Positions 23,917 through 35,290 of a DNA stretch of 51,104 nt are shown here, one piece after another. How positions within the stretch are numbered: position 1 is the first letter of the stretch; every line of letters starts with the position of its first letter. This DNA is from Piedraia hortae CBS 480.64 (Eukaryota), in assembly GCA_010093745.1 (NCBI GenBank), contig MU005959.1, positions 62,001-113,104 on the forward strand, written 5' to 3'. The notes under the pieces were generated by a model. It saw only the letters and a list, made by a program, of their open reading frames with translations. It did no database searches and had not been told where the DNA came from. Made by a program: the position numbers and the translations under genes.

Positions 23917-24830
23917 ATGGTGCGCGAGTCTCTGGTTGAAGGCGCTGTAACCTGTACGCTGACCTACCATTGGGTTGTATTGGCTAACGCGATTTAGTCT
24001 TGCGAGACCCATCCGTCGCTTCGGCGCCTCTAGAGAGTCGCATTGCCTTCCTCAAGTCCAAGAACCTCACACAGGAAGAGATTGACGCTTCGTTGGCACG
24101 GGTTGGATCGCAACCGAGTTCTACTGCCGCTGCACCGCCTCCGGGTTATCCCTTACCACAATATGGCTACTGGGAACAAGCGCCTCCAATGCGACGGGAC
24201 TGGCGAGACTGGTTCATCATGGCCACGGTGGTCGGAGGAATGGGAGCAACGGCATACTGGGCTGCGAAACGCTACATATACCCCCTAATAGCGCCGCCAA
24301 CACCGCCGCAACTCGAACAGGACAAGGCGCATGTGGATGAGGCGTTCAACAAAACCTTTGCCCTCCTCGATCAACTCGCAAAGGACACGCAAGAGCTAAA
24401 AGATGCGGAAAAGGCGCGAACCGATCGCTTGGATTCGGCTCTAGCCGAGGTCGAGAACGTTGTCAGCCGCATGAAGGAGGCACACGAAGCGCGGGAAGCC
24501 GAAGCCAAACGCATGGCTCGTGACGTTGCAGATATCAAAGACAGCATTCCCAACGCCATTGAAAAGGATAAAAAGATTACCGACACCAAGATACAGGAAC
24601 TCACAGACGAAATGAAGAGTCTTAAGCTTCTCATCCAAGCCCGCATGCAGCAGCCGTCGAAGCCTGATGAGCAGCAGCAGAAGCAAGCGAATGGCACATC
24701 CGATACAGGCATCGAGACACCATTAGGCTCCGCTGGTCGATCAATGGTTGGTGGCCGTGTATCAATACCGGCTTGGCAACTCGCAGCCAAGAAGAAAGCC
24801 GAGGAACCAGAGGGTGAAGCAAAGTCATGA
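23917..24830 (+). CDS. PEX14: Peroxisomal docking protein Pex14 (exons 23917-23953, 23998-24830)
   Basis: MVRESLVEGAVTF-LRDPSVASAPLESRIAFLKSKNLTQEEID, RDWRDWFIMAT, coiled coil, SIPAWQLAA; intron 23954-23997 GTACGC...GCTAAC...TAG. Confidence 0.95.
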
Positions 24831-24880
24831 TGTCAATGTAATCCATCAATTCAGAAGGGGTATCATTCTATAATATTAAC

Positions 24881-25411
24881 TTACTGCGCACCAGGCGACG
24901 TGGCATTGTTATTGAACTTTGCGCTGGCGCTCTTGAAGAGACTTTCCTGTGCGCGAATCAACTCATCATTCGACATGCCATTTGGGGCATTTCGGTTGAC
25001 TCTCCTCTCTCTACCTTGCTATAATATTCGTCAGCAAATATGACTTTTTCCCATTTCAAAACATACCGCCTGCGTAACCTTGAAGTCGTTCGCAACGCGC
25101 TTCAACTCGGGAACATATTCCCCAAAACCCAAGTCTTCAAGGGCTTTGGTGACATGTTCACATGCAATTGTCTTCTTCGCCTCGCGCTCGGCAATCTCAT
25201 TTGCCTCTGCAGACAGCATCGTGATAAACTCAACGCAGCATTCAATCAGCAGATCGCGCGTGTCCTTTGAGAAAGTCGGCGGTGTCGTGGAGCCGCCGGC
25301 TGTAGCGGGCGTGGCTGCTAATAAAGTGCCCATTGCCGGCGAATAAAGCACTTCATTGATGATCTTTTGCACGGTCGCTTTTGGTAATGAGAGATCTTCG
25401 CCTGGAGCCAT
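24881..25411 (-). CDS. NCB2: Negative cofactor 2 beta subunit (Dr1), histone fold (exons 25411-25067, 25018-24881)
   Basis: EDLSLPKATVQKII, RDLLIECCVEFITMLSAEANEIAEREAKKTIACEHV; intron 25066-25019 GTATGT...GCTGAC...TAG leads to GMSNDELIRAQESLF. Confidence 0.93.
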
Positions 25412-26298
25412 GGGTTAAAGTGGACTCCATGATTATTTCGATGGTTGTTTACCTCCAAACTCTTTATCAGACATGGCGAGTTGTTATGGCTATGATGATT
25501 CCGGAAGTGGATGTGCCATTCTTGCGTTTGCGGTCGGTGATGACTGGCAATGGTCTGTGCGTATTACCTCCGCAATTAGGCAACATCTCACATCAACCAT
25601 CTTGATGACGTCGTGCATCTAGGGGGAATCGGTGACTTCTCAAGGTATACATCCCACATGTCGTCGAAACTCTTCACGTTCTCGATTCGCCTATTCTCCG
25701 TCACCTGTCCCACGCTTGCACATGTGTGAATGACGCCATTACGTAACAACTTTCGAGGCTTCCAGCAGCCTACAGTCGTGTCCACAGTCTCTAGTCAGGA
25801 TAGGAGGATGTTGAGGCCGCTGGTATTTGGCGGTGGACAGTCTGGTTCATATCAACTCTGAGTTCTGTAAGCTGTGAAACAATACTGCTGCGCTAAAGAT
25901 AATACATGACTTCAATAACGAGCGAACACAATACAAAACACTGGAACGCCTAGAAGCGAGGCTTTCCCGCCCCAGTTGGACCCTCTTGCATGGCCCTACA
26001 TCGAAGATTGGTACAAATATGTCCTCAGCCTTGTTATTGGGGCCAAGCACAAGAGCATAAGATTGCTTTCTGCACGCCTGACACTTTGCAGCTCCCCTCT
26101 CGAAATATCGTAGGCTGGTGCGCCGTCAAGCAGCTTCACCCTCCGTAAGGCTGCACCATATCTGGCAGTACAGCCCAAATGCTGACCTGATCCCTTCGCG
26201 TGCTCAGCCACGCCGCGGCTCTCCTGAAGTAGGTCTTATAGACCACACGAGGATCACTCGACACAAACCACAGCCTCAGCCCGCACCACGTAACAATC

Positions 26299-27213
26299 AT
26301 GACTTTCGCGGACGCCTACGGTAGCTACTACTGGCAAGACTGCGGATCAATGGGCTCCTGCTTGGCGAGGCGCTCAGACGAAATCTATCCGAGCAGCGTC
26401 GGTGGAAACACATTCCTAGCATGCATCTTTCTCGCCTGTCTTATCGCGCAGCTAGTCTTCCTGGTCGGCTTCCGCGGGCGACGAATTTTCTGCGCCTTCA
26501 TGTGTCTGGGTTTGCACATGGAATGTGTCGGCTACGGTGGCCGCATTGGGATCCACTACTCGTGGACCGAAGCTACGCCCTGGATCTATCTAAGCACCTT
26601 GCTCATTGCCCCGTCCTTTTTCCTCCTGGCCATATACATGATCACTAAGGACCTGATCATCTACTACGGCTCCGAAACATCCCGCTTCACACGAAAACCC
26701 AACCGCCTCCCACTCTCTCTAGCGATAACAACCTGCCTTATCATCCTCTTGTTCATCATTGGCTTGGCAACTCATGGTTATGGCCCAGGCCTCGTTGTAT
26801 CCATTGCTATGATCTTCCAAGCCTTCTCGATTCTTGTCGCCATTGGCTTCGCAGTGCACGTCTACCGCAAAGGCGAAAAGAGGAAGAATTCCCTAAGGCA
26901 CACCTCTCCGCCGCTGCCAAAGTATAGATACTTTGCCCTCGCGTGCGCGGGCGCAATGGTTGCTATTCTTGTACGCTCTATGTTCCGTTTTGCATGGATG
27001 CTTTATTATGATCACTCTGAACCTTTGGATCTCTTTTTTGATGGAGCGTAAGTTTTATCCCTAACGTAAATGCCTTTGCTAACAGAGTATTTCAGGATGA
27101 CTGCTCTCGCGGCAATACTACTAACGGTTGTGCATCCAAATGTCTTTTTCCAAGATGTTAGCCTGCTGCGAAGTTCAAGGTTGAAGAATGGAGAGGAGGA
27201 GATTGGGTTGTGA
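26299..27213 (+). CDS. RTA1-like lipid-translocating exporter, copy 1 (apparently intact; exons 26299-27047, 27096-27213)
   Basis: GLHMECVGYGGRI, LLIAPSFFLLAIY, AILVRSMFR and FDGAMTALAAILLTVVHP after intron 27048-27095. Confidence 0.85.
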
Positions 27214-27740
27214 ATCCTTCTCGTGTGTACTTGTGGTGATGATCTTTGCGGTGTACGACTGTACTTTGGTTACGAAAACGGCACAAAGAATGTCAAACTC
27301 GAGGGGCTGGAGAGAATTGTGGATCGAGCCATGAGGTGTTGTTGCCTCCGGGACTAGAAAAACGCATGGAGAGAAGAAAGCCAGCTGTCTGAACCGTGTC
27401 GGTTCCAGCGGCCGAAAGGGCTGTTCTGAGACTATATGACGGTTACTGGAGCTGAAATTTTGACAACTTGGTATCCCCAAAGTTCCTGGGTGAGGGGCAT
27501 CATGTAAAGCTTTGAAAGAACTTGATTCTCTTACTTAATCCACACCTGGCAGGTAATTGCCAGGAACTCGTTGTATTTATGGCTGCTGCGTTTCACATCG
27601 CAAGGCTGCAGCCCATCTTGCAGGATGGATTGATCCCTCACTGGCTCAGCCATGCCCCCGCCCCGATCGTAATATCCTTAAGACCTCGCTAGAAACCACT
27701 CAGCGCATATCACAGTGTTACCACCCATCCCGCAACAATC

Positions 27741-28666
27741 ATGTATCCCCTATACGCCGAGAAAGGCAGCTACGACCAAGACTGCACATCCTTGGGACCC
27801 GGTTGTCCGGCTTCTAGGTCGCCTATAGGCTACCAACCCAACCTTGGTGGGAATGTTATCCTAGCCTGCATTTTTGTCCTCTGCCTCCTTGCGCAGCTCG
27901 TCTTTTTAGTCGGTTTCCGAGGACGACGAGTCTTCTGCGCCTTCATGTGCCTGGGCCTTTTCAAAGAGTCTATCGGCTACGGAGGCCGCATAATGCTTCA
28001 CTACAATCCGTTCTCGATATCCGCCAGCTGGATCCAATTCAGCACCATTCTCATCAGCCCCTCTCTTTTCCTTCTGGCCATCTACACGACAACAAAAGAC
28101 TTGACCATCTACTACGGCTCCGCAACCTCTCGCTTTACACGGAAACCTAAGAAACTCACATTCTTGCTAGCACTAACAACCGGTCTCACATTGGTCCTGG
28201 TCATCGTCGGTTTATCAAGCAGTATAACCGGAATAGTCTTGCTTTTTCCCTTGATCGGCATGAGCCTTCAGACCTTAAACATGCTCATCGCCATCGGCTT
28301 CGCAGTGTACATTCGAAGAAAAGCCGAAAAGGAAAGGATTCCTTGAGATATACCTCCCCACCGCTGCCAAGATATAAATACTTTGCCCTCGCGTGCGCGT
28401 GCGCGTTCTCTGCTGTTCTAGTGCGTACTGTCTACTGTACCATTGTTATTATAATGTGGGATCTCCCAAAAGCGATGTTTATCGTTTTTGAGGGAGGGTG
28501 AGTTCTTGCTGTTCTTCCTGATGAGTTTTGCTAACGAGAAATCAAAAGGTTGATTGCTCTCGCGGCGATACTTCTTACAGTGGTGCACCCGAGTATCTTC
28601 TTCAATGACGTTAAGATATTGCAACAGATGAGGGCCAAGGGTGGTGAGGAGGGTATTGGGTTATGA
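27741..28666 (+). pseudogene. RTA1-like copy 2 with one frameshift near 28330 (pseudogene or assembly indel)
   Basis: Colinear with copy 1 (GYQPNLGGN, ESIGYGGRI). One base is missing in AAAAGGAAAGG, giving a premature TGA at 28344-28346; the shifted frame continues PLPRYKYFALACA...FEGG[intron]LIALAAILLTVVHP to TGA 28666. Confidence 0.8.
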
Positions 28667-28923
28667 ATTTTCTTGTTTACATGTGGTGATGATCTTTATC
28701 TTCTACTTACGAATTCTAGTTTCCGAAAGAGTATGAGAGGCTGGAAAATACCAATTGATCTGAGCTATTAGTGTGCGTTGCGCATTGCTGCCTAAATGAC
28801 TAGAACGGCGCGCGAAGAGATTCGTGATGTGGGGTTGGGCACCCCACTTTGTTTGTCTAAGTTTACCTTAGTTCGTCGACCATAGCCCTGCAACATCTCA
28901 CGCCTCGTCATATGCCTATAACC

Positions 28924-29168
28924 TGTTGGAAGATAGTTGTTGCGTAGCGTAATCGTTCTGAAGATTGAGTTTTTACAATGATGTATTTTCTGATGTTCAG
29001 CAGCGAGCTTATATACAACTAGCTTCTTTGTTCAAACAATTTCAAAAATTACTACATTGCCCCACTGTCCTCTTTATTATTCTCTTTGAGTATTTTGCTA
29101 TACAGGGCTTTTCTTTGTATAGTCTTTGTTATCAGGCCGAGGTATGGCACCGATACTTCTCATCAACA
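28924..29168. mobile_element. Solo LTR (family X, copy 2) between RTA1 copies 2 and 3
   Basis: TGTTG...CAACA termini, flanks TAACC/TTACC (one mismatch), homologous to 6819-7058. Confidence 0.88.
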
Positions 29169-29662
29169 TTACCCGAGTTCCGTAACAGAGGACAATTAAG
29201 ACTTTTTGTCTCTTATTCGTCTCTGAATCGGATGAATGGCATACTCCTACCTTGCACATCTCGACAAAGCACATCTTGTTCGCCCACATCTTGACGGTGT
29301 CTGTCCTAGAGGTCATGCCGAAAAGGCCGGACCGAGACCACATGATGGTCACTGGGCCAGAGATTCGCTAACTTTATACCAGCCAAGGTTAGCTAGTATT
29401 TACCACATAAGTACCAATATGAGGTGCGTGGTGTAATGCTTCAAAGGCACTTTATTCGCATAACCCACACGTGGCCGGCAGTTACCCTGAACCGCAGCAT
29501 CTTTGGCTGTTTCACCATTAAACAGTTTCCTAACTCAAGGATGCAGTTCCTCTAGCAGGATTTATTGATCCTTCACGCGCTTAGCCACTGCGCCACCATC
29601 TTCAGAGTGACTGCAAGACCACACAAGAACCAATCGACCTCACACCCCTCCACGCAACAATC

Positions 29663-30560
29663 ATGCCAAACACACACGCCTTCACCGAGTCCTACAACCG
29701 CGACTGCACATCCATGAGCCCGGTTTGTTCTCACCCACCGGCTACCAACCCAACTTCAATGGCAACATATCTTTAGCCAGCCTCTTCACCTTCTGTCTCC
29801 TCACAGAGCTAATCTTCTTAATCCTATCCCGTGCTCGACGACTCTTCAGCACATTCATGTCCCTCGCCCTTTTCACCTCCTCCATCGGCTACAGCGACCG
29901 CGTTATCCTCCACTACAACCCATATTCTCTCCCTGCCACCTGGCTCCAATCCAGCATTCTCATACCCGTCCCCTACTTCACCCCCCCCTAGTCATCTACA
30001 CCACAACTGCAGACCTAATCCTCTACCATGGAGCCCAAACCTCCCGCTTCACACGCAAACCCAACCGCCTCCCAATGATCCTCACAACAACAATCCTCCT
30101 CATCCTCGTCCACATAACCATAATTGGCTTATCAAGCAACAAAGCGGGAATGGCAGTCTGCCTCCGCTTCTTCGCGCAGCGCTCTCAATCCTCGTCTTTG
30201 CCTCCTTTGCAATACACATCATCCTCAAGGGAAGTAAAAGTAAAACATCCCTAAGGCACATGTTCCCACTGATGCCCAGGTTTAAGTACTTCTCCCTCGC
30301 GAACGCGGTAGCATTCCTCGCGATCTTTATCCGCACAACATTCCGCACTGTGGACTGGATGTTCAGGCAGGCCGAGGCGATGTTTGTGGGTTTTGAGGGA
30401 GGTGGGTTTAAACATCCATATTCGTAGGTTTCGCTGATGGGTTAAGGGATGATGGCTCCCGCGGCGGTTATGTTTGACGATCGTGCATCCGAATTTTTTC
30501 TTTGATAGTGTGGAGACTTTGAGGAGGGCGAGGTTGAAAGAGGAGGGGGTTGAGCTGTGA
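29663..30560 (+). pseudogene. RTA1-like copy 3, multiply frameshifted
   Basis: ATG context GCAACAATCATG as in copy 2; fragments TGYQPNFNGN, SIGYSDRVILHYNP, RFKYFSLA..AIFIRT lie in different frames; eroded splice donor near 30402. Confidence 0.8.
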
Positions 30561-30883
30561 ATGAATAATCTTGGGGGTGTTGTATATGGTTGTAGTAATC
30601 TTAGACGGATACATACCTCTGGCAGTAGCCGGGAGTGAAATTTTGCTCGCGACAGCTGACATTGACATAGTGCTCATAGACCTGCAGGGGAACCAGATAG
30701 CACTTTAATTTTGATTCATTATTATTATTACTATTTAAACGGATGTCGTGGCAAATTTCTCCCCCCCCCCCCCCCTTCCCCCCCAACACACACACCCCAA
30801 TTTGTGGGAGCTTGGCAAGCACGGCCCGCACCGTCCCGCACAGCCACGAACTTCTTCCACTGGACGATCCCTCGCCAGTGACA

Positions 30884-31510
30884 ATGGACACCCAAGATGA
30901 CAATAAGCCCTACGACCTCGACGCGGTAATCTTCAACCTTGTTAAACTGGGAGATGCGCGGCTAGCGGAGTATCTCCACTCTTGGATACGTGAACCTGAG
31001 GGGTATCAGGTCGGTAATGTTGGGGCTGATGGAGGAATGGAAAGTGGTGGGGAGGAAGTCTATGGAGGGGGTTTGGAAGGGATTGGGTTTAGAGGAATTG
31101 AGTATGAACCGGGGGGACAGGGGGACAAGGGAATGACGACGGCTGCACAGGATGATGAATTGTTCGAGAAGATGTTTGGTCGGAAGGCTGCGCTGGAGAG
31201 GAAGAGGGATGCGAAACGATTGGATGGTGGGAGGGGAGCGGAGGGGGGTAAAGCGGTAGGGGAGAAAGTTGCTGTGGGACAATCTGCGAGGGGAAAACCT
31301 GCTGAAGGAAGACAAGCTGTTGGACGACCTGCTGGTGAAAAACCTGCGGGGGAGAAACCTGCTGTAAAGCCACCGAAGGTTAAGAAGAAGAGGGTACAGC
31401 CCGAGTCCGAAGAAGAAGACGAAGAGAGCAAAACATCACTTGCGAAGCGAGCGAAAGTGGAGAAGAAGACAAGCTATCTTGATGAGATCTTGGGGAAGAG
31501 GAAACGGTGA
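30884..31510 (+). CDS. Conserved fungal charged protein, possibly DUF3245-like
   Basis: Open frame with ELFEKMFGRK, EEEDEESKTSL and C-terminal KTSYLDEILGKRKR, resembling a conserved Pezizomycotina family. Start taken at MDTQDD; an internal intron cannot be excluded. Confidence 0.6.
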   Translation: MDTQDDNKPYDLDAVIFNLVKLGDARLAEYLHSWIREPEGYQVGNVGADGGMESGGEEVYGGGLEGIGFRGIEYEPGGQGDKGMTTAAQDDELFEKMFGRKAALERKRDAKRLDGGRGAEGGKAVGEKVAVGQSARGKPAEGRQAVGRPAGEKPAGEKPAVKPPKVKKKRVQPESEEEDEESKTSLAKRAKVEKKTSYLDEILGKRKR

Positions 31511-31546
31511 GCTACTTTGATGAGGCAAGGGAAGGGTAAGGTTGCT

Positions 31547-32782
31547 TCATTCTCGAACGAACAGGGAGGCCATGCCCATGCCAGTACCGACACACATGCT
31601 CACTACGCCGAGATCGTGACCCTGGCGGTGCATTTCAGGGAGTAGTGTGGCCAGCTGTCTGGCGCCTGTTGCGCCGAGGGGATGACCAAGCGCGATTGCG
31701 CCTCCGTTGGGGTTGACTTTATCCTCATCGAGGCCAAGTTTCCGAATGCAATATACAGCCTGAGAGGCAAACGCCTCGTTGATCTCCCATACGTTTATGT
31801 CTGATGTCTTGAGGCCGGTATGGTCCAGGAGTTTCGGGATGGCCAAGGCGGGCCCAATGCCCATCTCATCTGGCCGACAGCCGGCGATTTGGGTTCCTGC
31901 CCATTTGCCGATGATGTCTCTCTCCAGGCCCAACACCGTTGCAGTGCTGCGTCGCATCATCAATGCTGCCGCTGCGCCGTCAGATACCTGGCTGCTGTTC
32001 CCTGCTGTTGCTGTTCCGGTCTCTTTGAAGACGGGATTCATCTTGGCGAGGCTCTCGGGCGTGCTGGTCGGCCGGATGCCATCGTCCTTTGTGACGGTAA
32101 TTTCCTCCACCATCTCTGGCGTTTCGGGGTTCGGATGCGTTCGTGTCGTTACAGGCACGATCTCCTTATCGAACCGGTTCTCTTTTTGCGCTTTGGCGGC
32201 TCTTTGATGGCTGCGCGCCGCGAACGCATCCTGGTCCGCCCTGCTCACTTCATACCGTTCAGCGACATTCTCGGCCGTAAGTCCCATGGACATAATGCAG
32301 TCTCTTGCATTTTCCACGGAACTCTTGCGTAGACTGTCCCAGAGTTGCGTCGGGATGGCTCGCGACCCGTAATTGCGCGTCATGCTCTCCATGCCACCGC
32401 CGATGCCGACATCAATCTGCCCAACCACAATACTATGTGCTATGCTGGTGATGGCTGATAGCCCGCTGCTGCAGGCGCGGTTGACCGTCTGGAAGCTGAC
32501 CGTCTCGGGATATCCTACATGACAGGCCGCCATGCGCCCAGCTTTGCTGCCGCCCAGCTCCGACAGCACCGTGCCAATGTGGATATCCTGCACCCTGCTG
32601 GGGTCGAGATTCGGATTCGCAGCCAGCGTAGCCCGTAGGACATGGGCCAGCAGCTCGTGGTCATACGCATCTTTGAAACCGCCCTTTTTGCTCTTCGTCA
32701 CAGGCGTACGGAGGGCGGAGAGAATCACAACATCGTTGGGGTTTTTGGTGAGAATGTTCCTTACGCCTCGCGGTAGAGCCAT
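31547..32782 (-). CDS. 3-ketoacyl-CoA thiolase (thiolase I, POT1/FOX3-like)
   Basis: VNRACSSGL (catalytic Cys), TAGNSSQVSDGAAA, EINEAFASQ, GGAIALGHPLGATGAR, SMCVGTGMG; intronless 411 aa. Confidence 0.95.
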   Translation of the reverse strand: MALPRGVRNILTKNPNDVVILSALRTPVTKSKKGGFKDAYDHELLAHVLRATLAANPNLDPSRVQDIHIGTVLSELGGSKAGRMAACHVGYPETVSFQTVNRACSSGLSAITSIAHSIVVGQIDVGIGGGMESMTRNYGSRAIPTQLWDSLRKSSVENARDCIMSMGLTAENVAERYEVSRADQDAFAARSHQRAAKAQKENRFDKEIVPVTTRTHPNPETPEMVEEITVTKDDGIRPTSTPESLAKMNPVFKETGTATAGNSSQVSDGAAAALMMRRSTATVLGLERDIIGKWAGTQIAGCRPDEMGIGPALAIPKLLDHTGLKTSDINVWEINEAFASQAVYCIRKLGLDEDKVNPNGGAIALGHPLGATGARQLATLLPEMHRQGHDLGVVSMCVGTGMGMASLFVRE

Positions 32783-32906
32783 TGTAGTTTATCCATCTGT
32801 CAGCCATCCCCAATGTCTTCCCATCTGAGCGGCATCTCTCATCGGCAGACGGTTTGGTACGGTATTTTACAGTAGTATACACATAATTAGTAAGCCATCC
32901 CGAACT

Positions 32907-33361
32907 TCAGAACTGCGACTTCTTGATCTCGGCAAAGCTCTTGCTCGTCCCCTTGAGCTGTTTGGCTGTGTCGTTGTCTAGACGTTGAGTGTGCTCGTGT
33001 ATTCGCAGTTTATATGTATCTTGGCCCTTGTTCTTACCCTGTACGACGTTCTCGCGTAAAATCTGAGCCACTCCCTCGGCGTGCTGGATAGCCTTGAGCG
33101 CGTCTTCGGTGCCGCTACCCAGGCCTTTGTTTTCGGCAAATGTCTGCTGTGCGAGCTTTCGCGAGGCATTAAAGGTGGCATCGTCGCCTGGTCAATGTTA
33201 GCTGGATTCCGGACGGTTGGTGGGATTGGCATGCCGCTGAACGCGATGCGCGTAGCCCTGAGCACATCTCGATACACGGACAGGGCTACAAAGCGGTTAT
33301 TGGCCGCTTCAACGGGCGTCAGACCCAAGGCTTTGGCAGCCGCATACTTCAACGTCGCCAT
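32907..33361 (-). CDS. MZM1: LYR-motif Rieske chaperone Mzm1/LYRM7 (exons 33361-33235, 33187-32907)
   Basis: ALSVYRDVLRATRIAFSG-DDATFNASR...AIQHAEGVAQILRENVVQG...YKLRIHEHTQRLDND; requires a 47-nt intron 33234-33188 (GCATGC...GCTAAC...CAG); spliced length 408 nt. Confidence 0.88.
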
Positions 33362-33470
33362 TTGGAAGTCACCATGTGGATTTTTGCATGGCACGTGCCA
33401 TGTTCTTAGGGTTTCTGTCCGCGCGCTTTTTTTTTTTTGACAGCGGCCTCGCCCAGCACATTGAACAACC

Positions 33471-34802
33471 ATGGACACAGTGTTGAAGATCGCCTTACCT
33501 GCACCGCCAGCAGAATGGTCTGCTCCGGAAGACTTCAAGGCAGTAAACGACATCTCCGCCCCTGTTGACCGCTCCGTCGAGCCCGTTGGCAAGTACTTTC
33601 TCGCCCACGCACGCCGCAAGCGACACCACCGCACCTTCAGCGAAGACGAGCGCATCCACGCGACGCAGACCGCAAGAAAAGCAAAAGACGACGATGCAGG
33701 TGAAATCAGCGAGGCCGAGGATCCTATGATGCTGCAGCGGGCGGCCAAGGACTGGAAGCAACAGGACCACTATGCCGTTCTGGGAATCACGCGCTACCGC
33801 TGGCGAGCGACCGAGGAACAGATCAAGCGCGCCCACCGCAAGAAGGTTCTCAAGCACCACCCAGACAAGAAGGCGGCCAGCGGCCAGGACGAGAACGACA
33901 ACTTCTTCAAATGCATCCAGCGCGCAACAGACATTCTTCTCGATCCTGTCAAGCGCCGCCAGTTTGACAGTGTCGACGAAGCCGCCGACGTCTACCCGCC
34001 GTCTAAGAAGGACGTGCAAAAGAAGCCTGGGAACTTCTACAAGCTTTGGGGTCCCGTGTTCGAGGCCGAGGGCCGCTTTAGCAAGAAACAGCCGGTTCCC
34101 AAGCTCGGCGGACCGGACTCGTCCCGCGAAGAGGTCGAGGCATTCTACAACTTTTGGTACAACTTTGACAGCTGGCGCAGCTTCGAGTATCTGGACGAGG
34201 AGGTCCCCGACGATAATGAGAACCGCGACCAGAAGCGCCACATGGAGCGCAAGAACAACAACGCACGCAAGAAGCGTAAGGTAGAAGACACCCAGCGCCT
34301 CCGTAAGCTCATCGACGAGTGTCTCGCTCTCGACGAGCGGCCCAAGTTGTTCCGCCAGCAGGGCAACCAGGCCAAGAACGCCAAGCGTGCGGAAAAGGAA
34401 GCTGCCGAAAAGGCCGCCCGCGAAGAGGCTCAGCGGAAGAAGGACGAAGAATTAAAACTCAAGGCTGAGAAGGAAGCGGCGGAGAAAGCCTCCCGCGAGG
34501 AAGGTAAAAAGGCTAAAGAGGCTGCCAAGAACGCCGCGAAGAAGAATAAACGTGTTATCCGCAGTGCTGCGAAGGAGGCTAATTACTTTGTTGCTGAGGG
34601 CGAGGCGTCTGCGCAAAAGATTGATGCTGCGCTTAACGATGTTGATGCGCTCATTGCGAAGATGGAGCCGGATGATCTTGCGGCTTTGGCAAAGAAAATT
34701 CAGGGTACGGATGCAAAGGGTGTCCTTCCTGTTTTCCAGGAGGAGGTTAAGAGACTTGCTGCGGCGGGGAAGGTGCAGGATGGGGAACTGAAGTGTTTTT
34801 AG
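33471..34802 (+). CDS. ZUO1: Zuotin, ribosome-associated J-domain chaperone
   Basis: RHHRTFSE, KDWKQQDHYAVLG, J-domain HHPDKK, FYNFWYNFDSWRSFEYLDE, charged RAC region. Confidence 0.97.
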   Translation: MDTVLKIALPAPPAEWSAPEDFKAVNDISAPVDRSVEPVGKYFLAHARRKRHHRTFSEDERIHATQTARKAKDDDAGEISEAEDPMMLQRAAKDWKQQDHYAVLGITRYRWRATEEQIKRAHRKKVLKHHPDKKAASGQDENDNFFKCIQRATDILLDPVKRRQFDSVDEAADVYPPSKKDVQKKPGNFYKLWGPVFEAEGRFSKKQPVPKLGGPDSSREEVEAFYNFWYNFDSWRSFEYLDEEVPDDNENRDQKRHMERKNNNARKKRKVEDTQRLRKLIDECLALDERPKLFRQQGNQAKNAKRAEKEAAEKAAREEAQRKKDEELKLKAEKEAAEKASREEGKKAKEAAKNAAKKNKRVIRSAAKEANYFVAEGEASAQKIDAALNDVDALIAKMEPDDLAALAKKIQGTDAKGVLPVFQEEVKRLAAAGKVQDGELKCF

Positions 34803-35290
34803 AGTAGACAGCGCGGTATCTCCAAGGTTTTTTTTTGGCCTGTGAGATATATTGCTTCTCGTGGTGCTGTATATGTAGAAGACGTGTGGCATCTCTGGGC
34901 TCATTAGGCTTGAAATTTGAGGAGAGTGAATACGACGCGTGGTGCCGGGAGACTTTCTAACGTGATTGTCGACAGAGGTTATTGTCTCTAGGGGAAATGT
35001 CATGAATATCCTTGACTACCAATAAGCCATCCCATTCAATGTGGAAGGTCGTATATATACCGGCTGACGACCAACTTGATACAAGTCGACGGATCGACCA
35101 TGGCACTTCCGCCCCAATTCAAGAAGATATGTACCCAAAAGTTTAAAACGTAAGTTTCGGGAATCCCTAGAGCACATGAGAAGTGAAGCTTGGAGCTACA
35201 AGATACCAATACTCTATCTGTATCTGAACCCCCTCTCAAAGAGATGCTACTGTCCTCTCCACTGTTTGGCTCATGTCTTCTCTCCATCAC

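Noticed and set aside
30761..30784. Poly-C tract (and G runs in the GPCR intron, 16061-16080) as G-quadruplex elements
   Set aside because: Simple homopolymers with no further evidence of function; also prone to sequencing error.
32978..34241. Long antisense ORFs overlapping ZUO1 (similar ones overlap SCH9, NDC80, PEX14 and pol)
   Set aside because: Shadow frames caused by GC-rich codon bias of the real genes; only the MZM1 portion is genuine.
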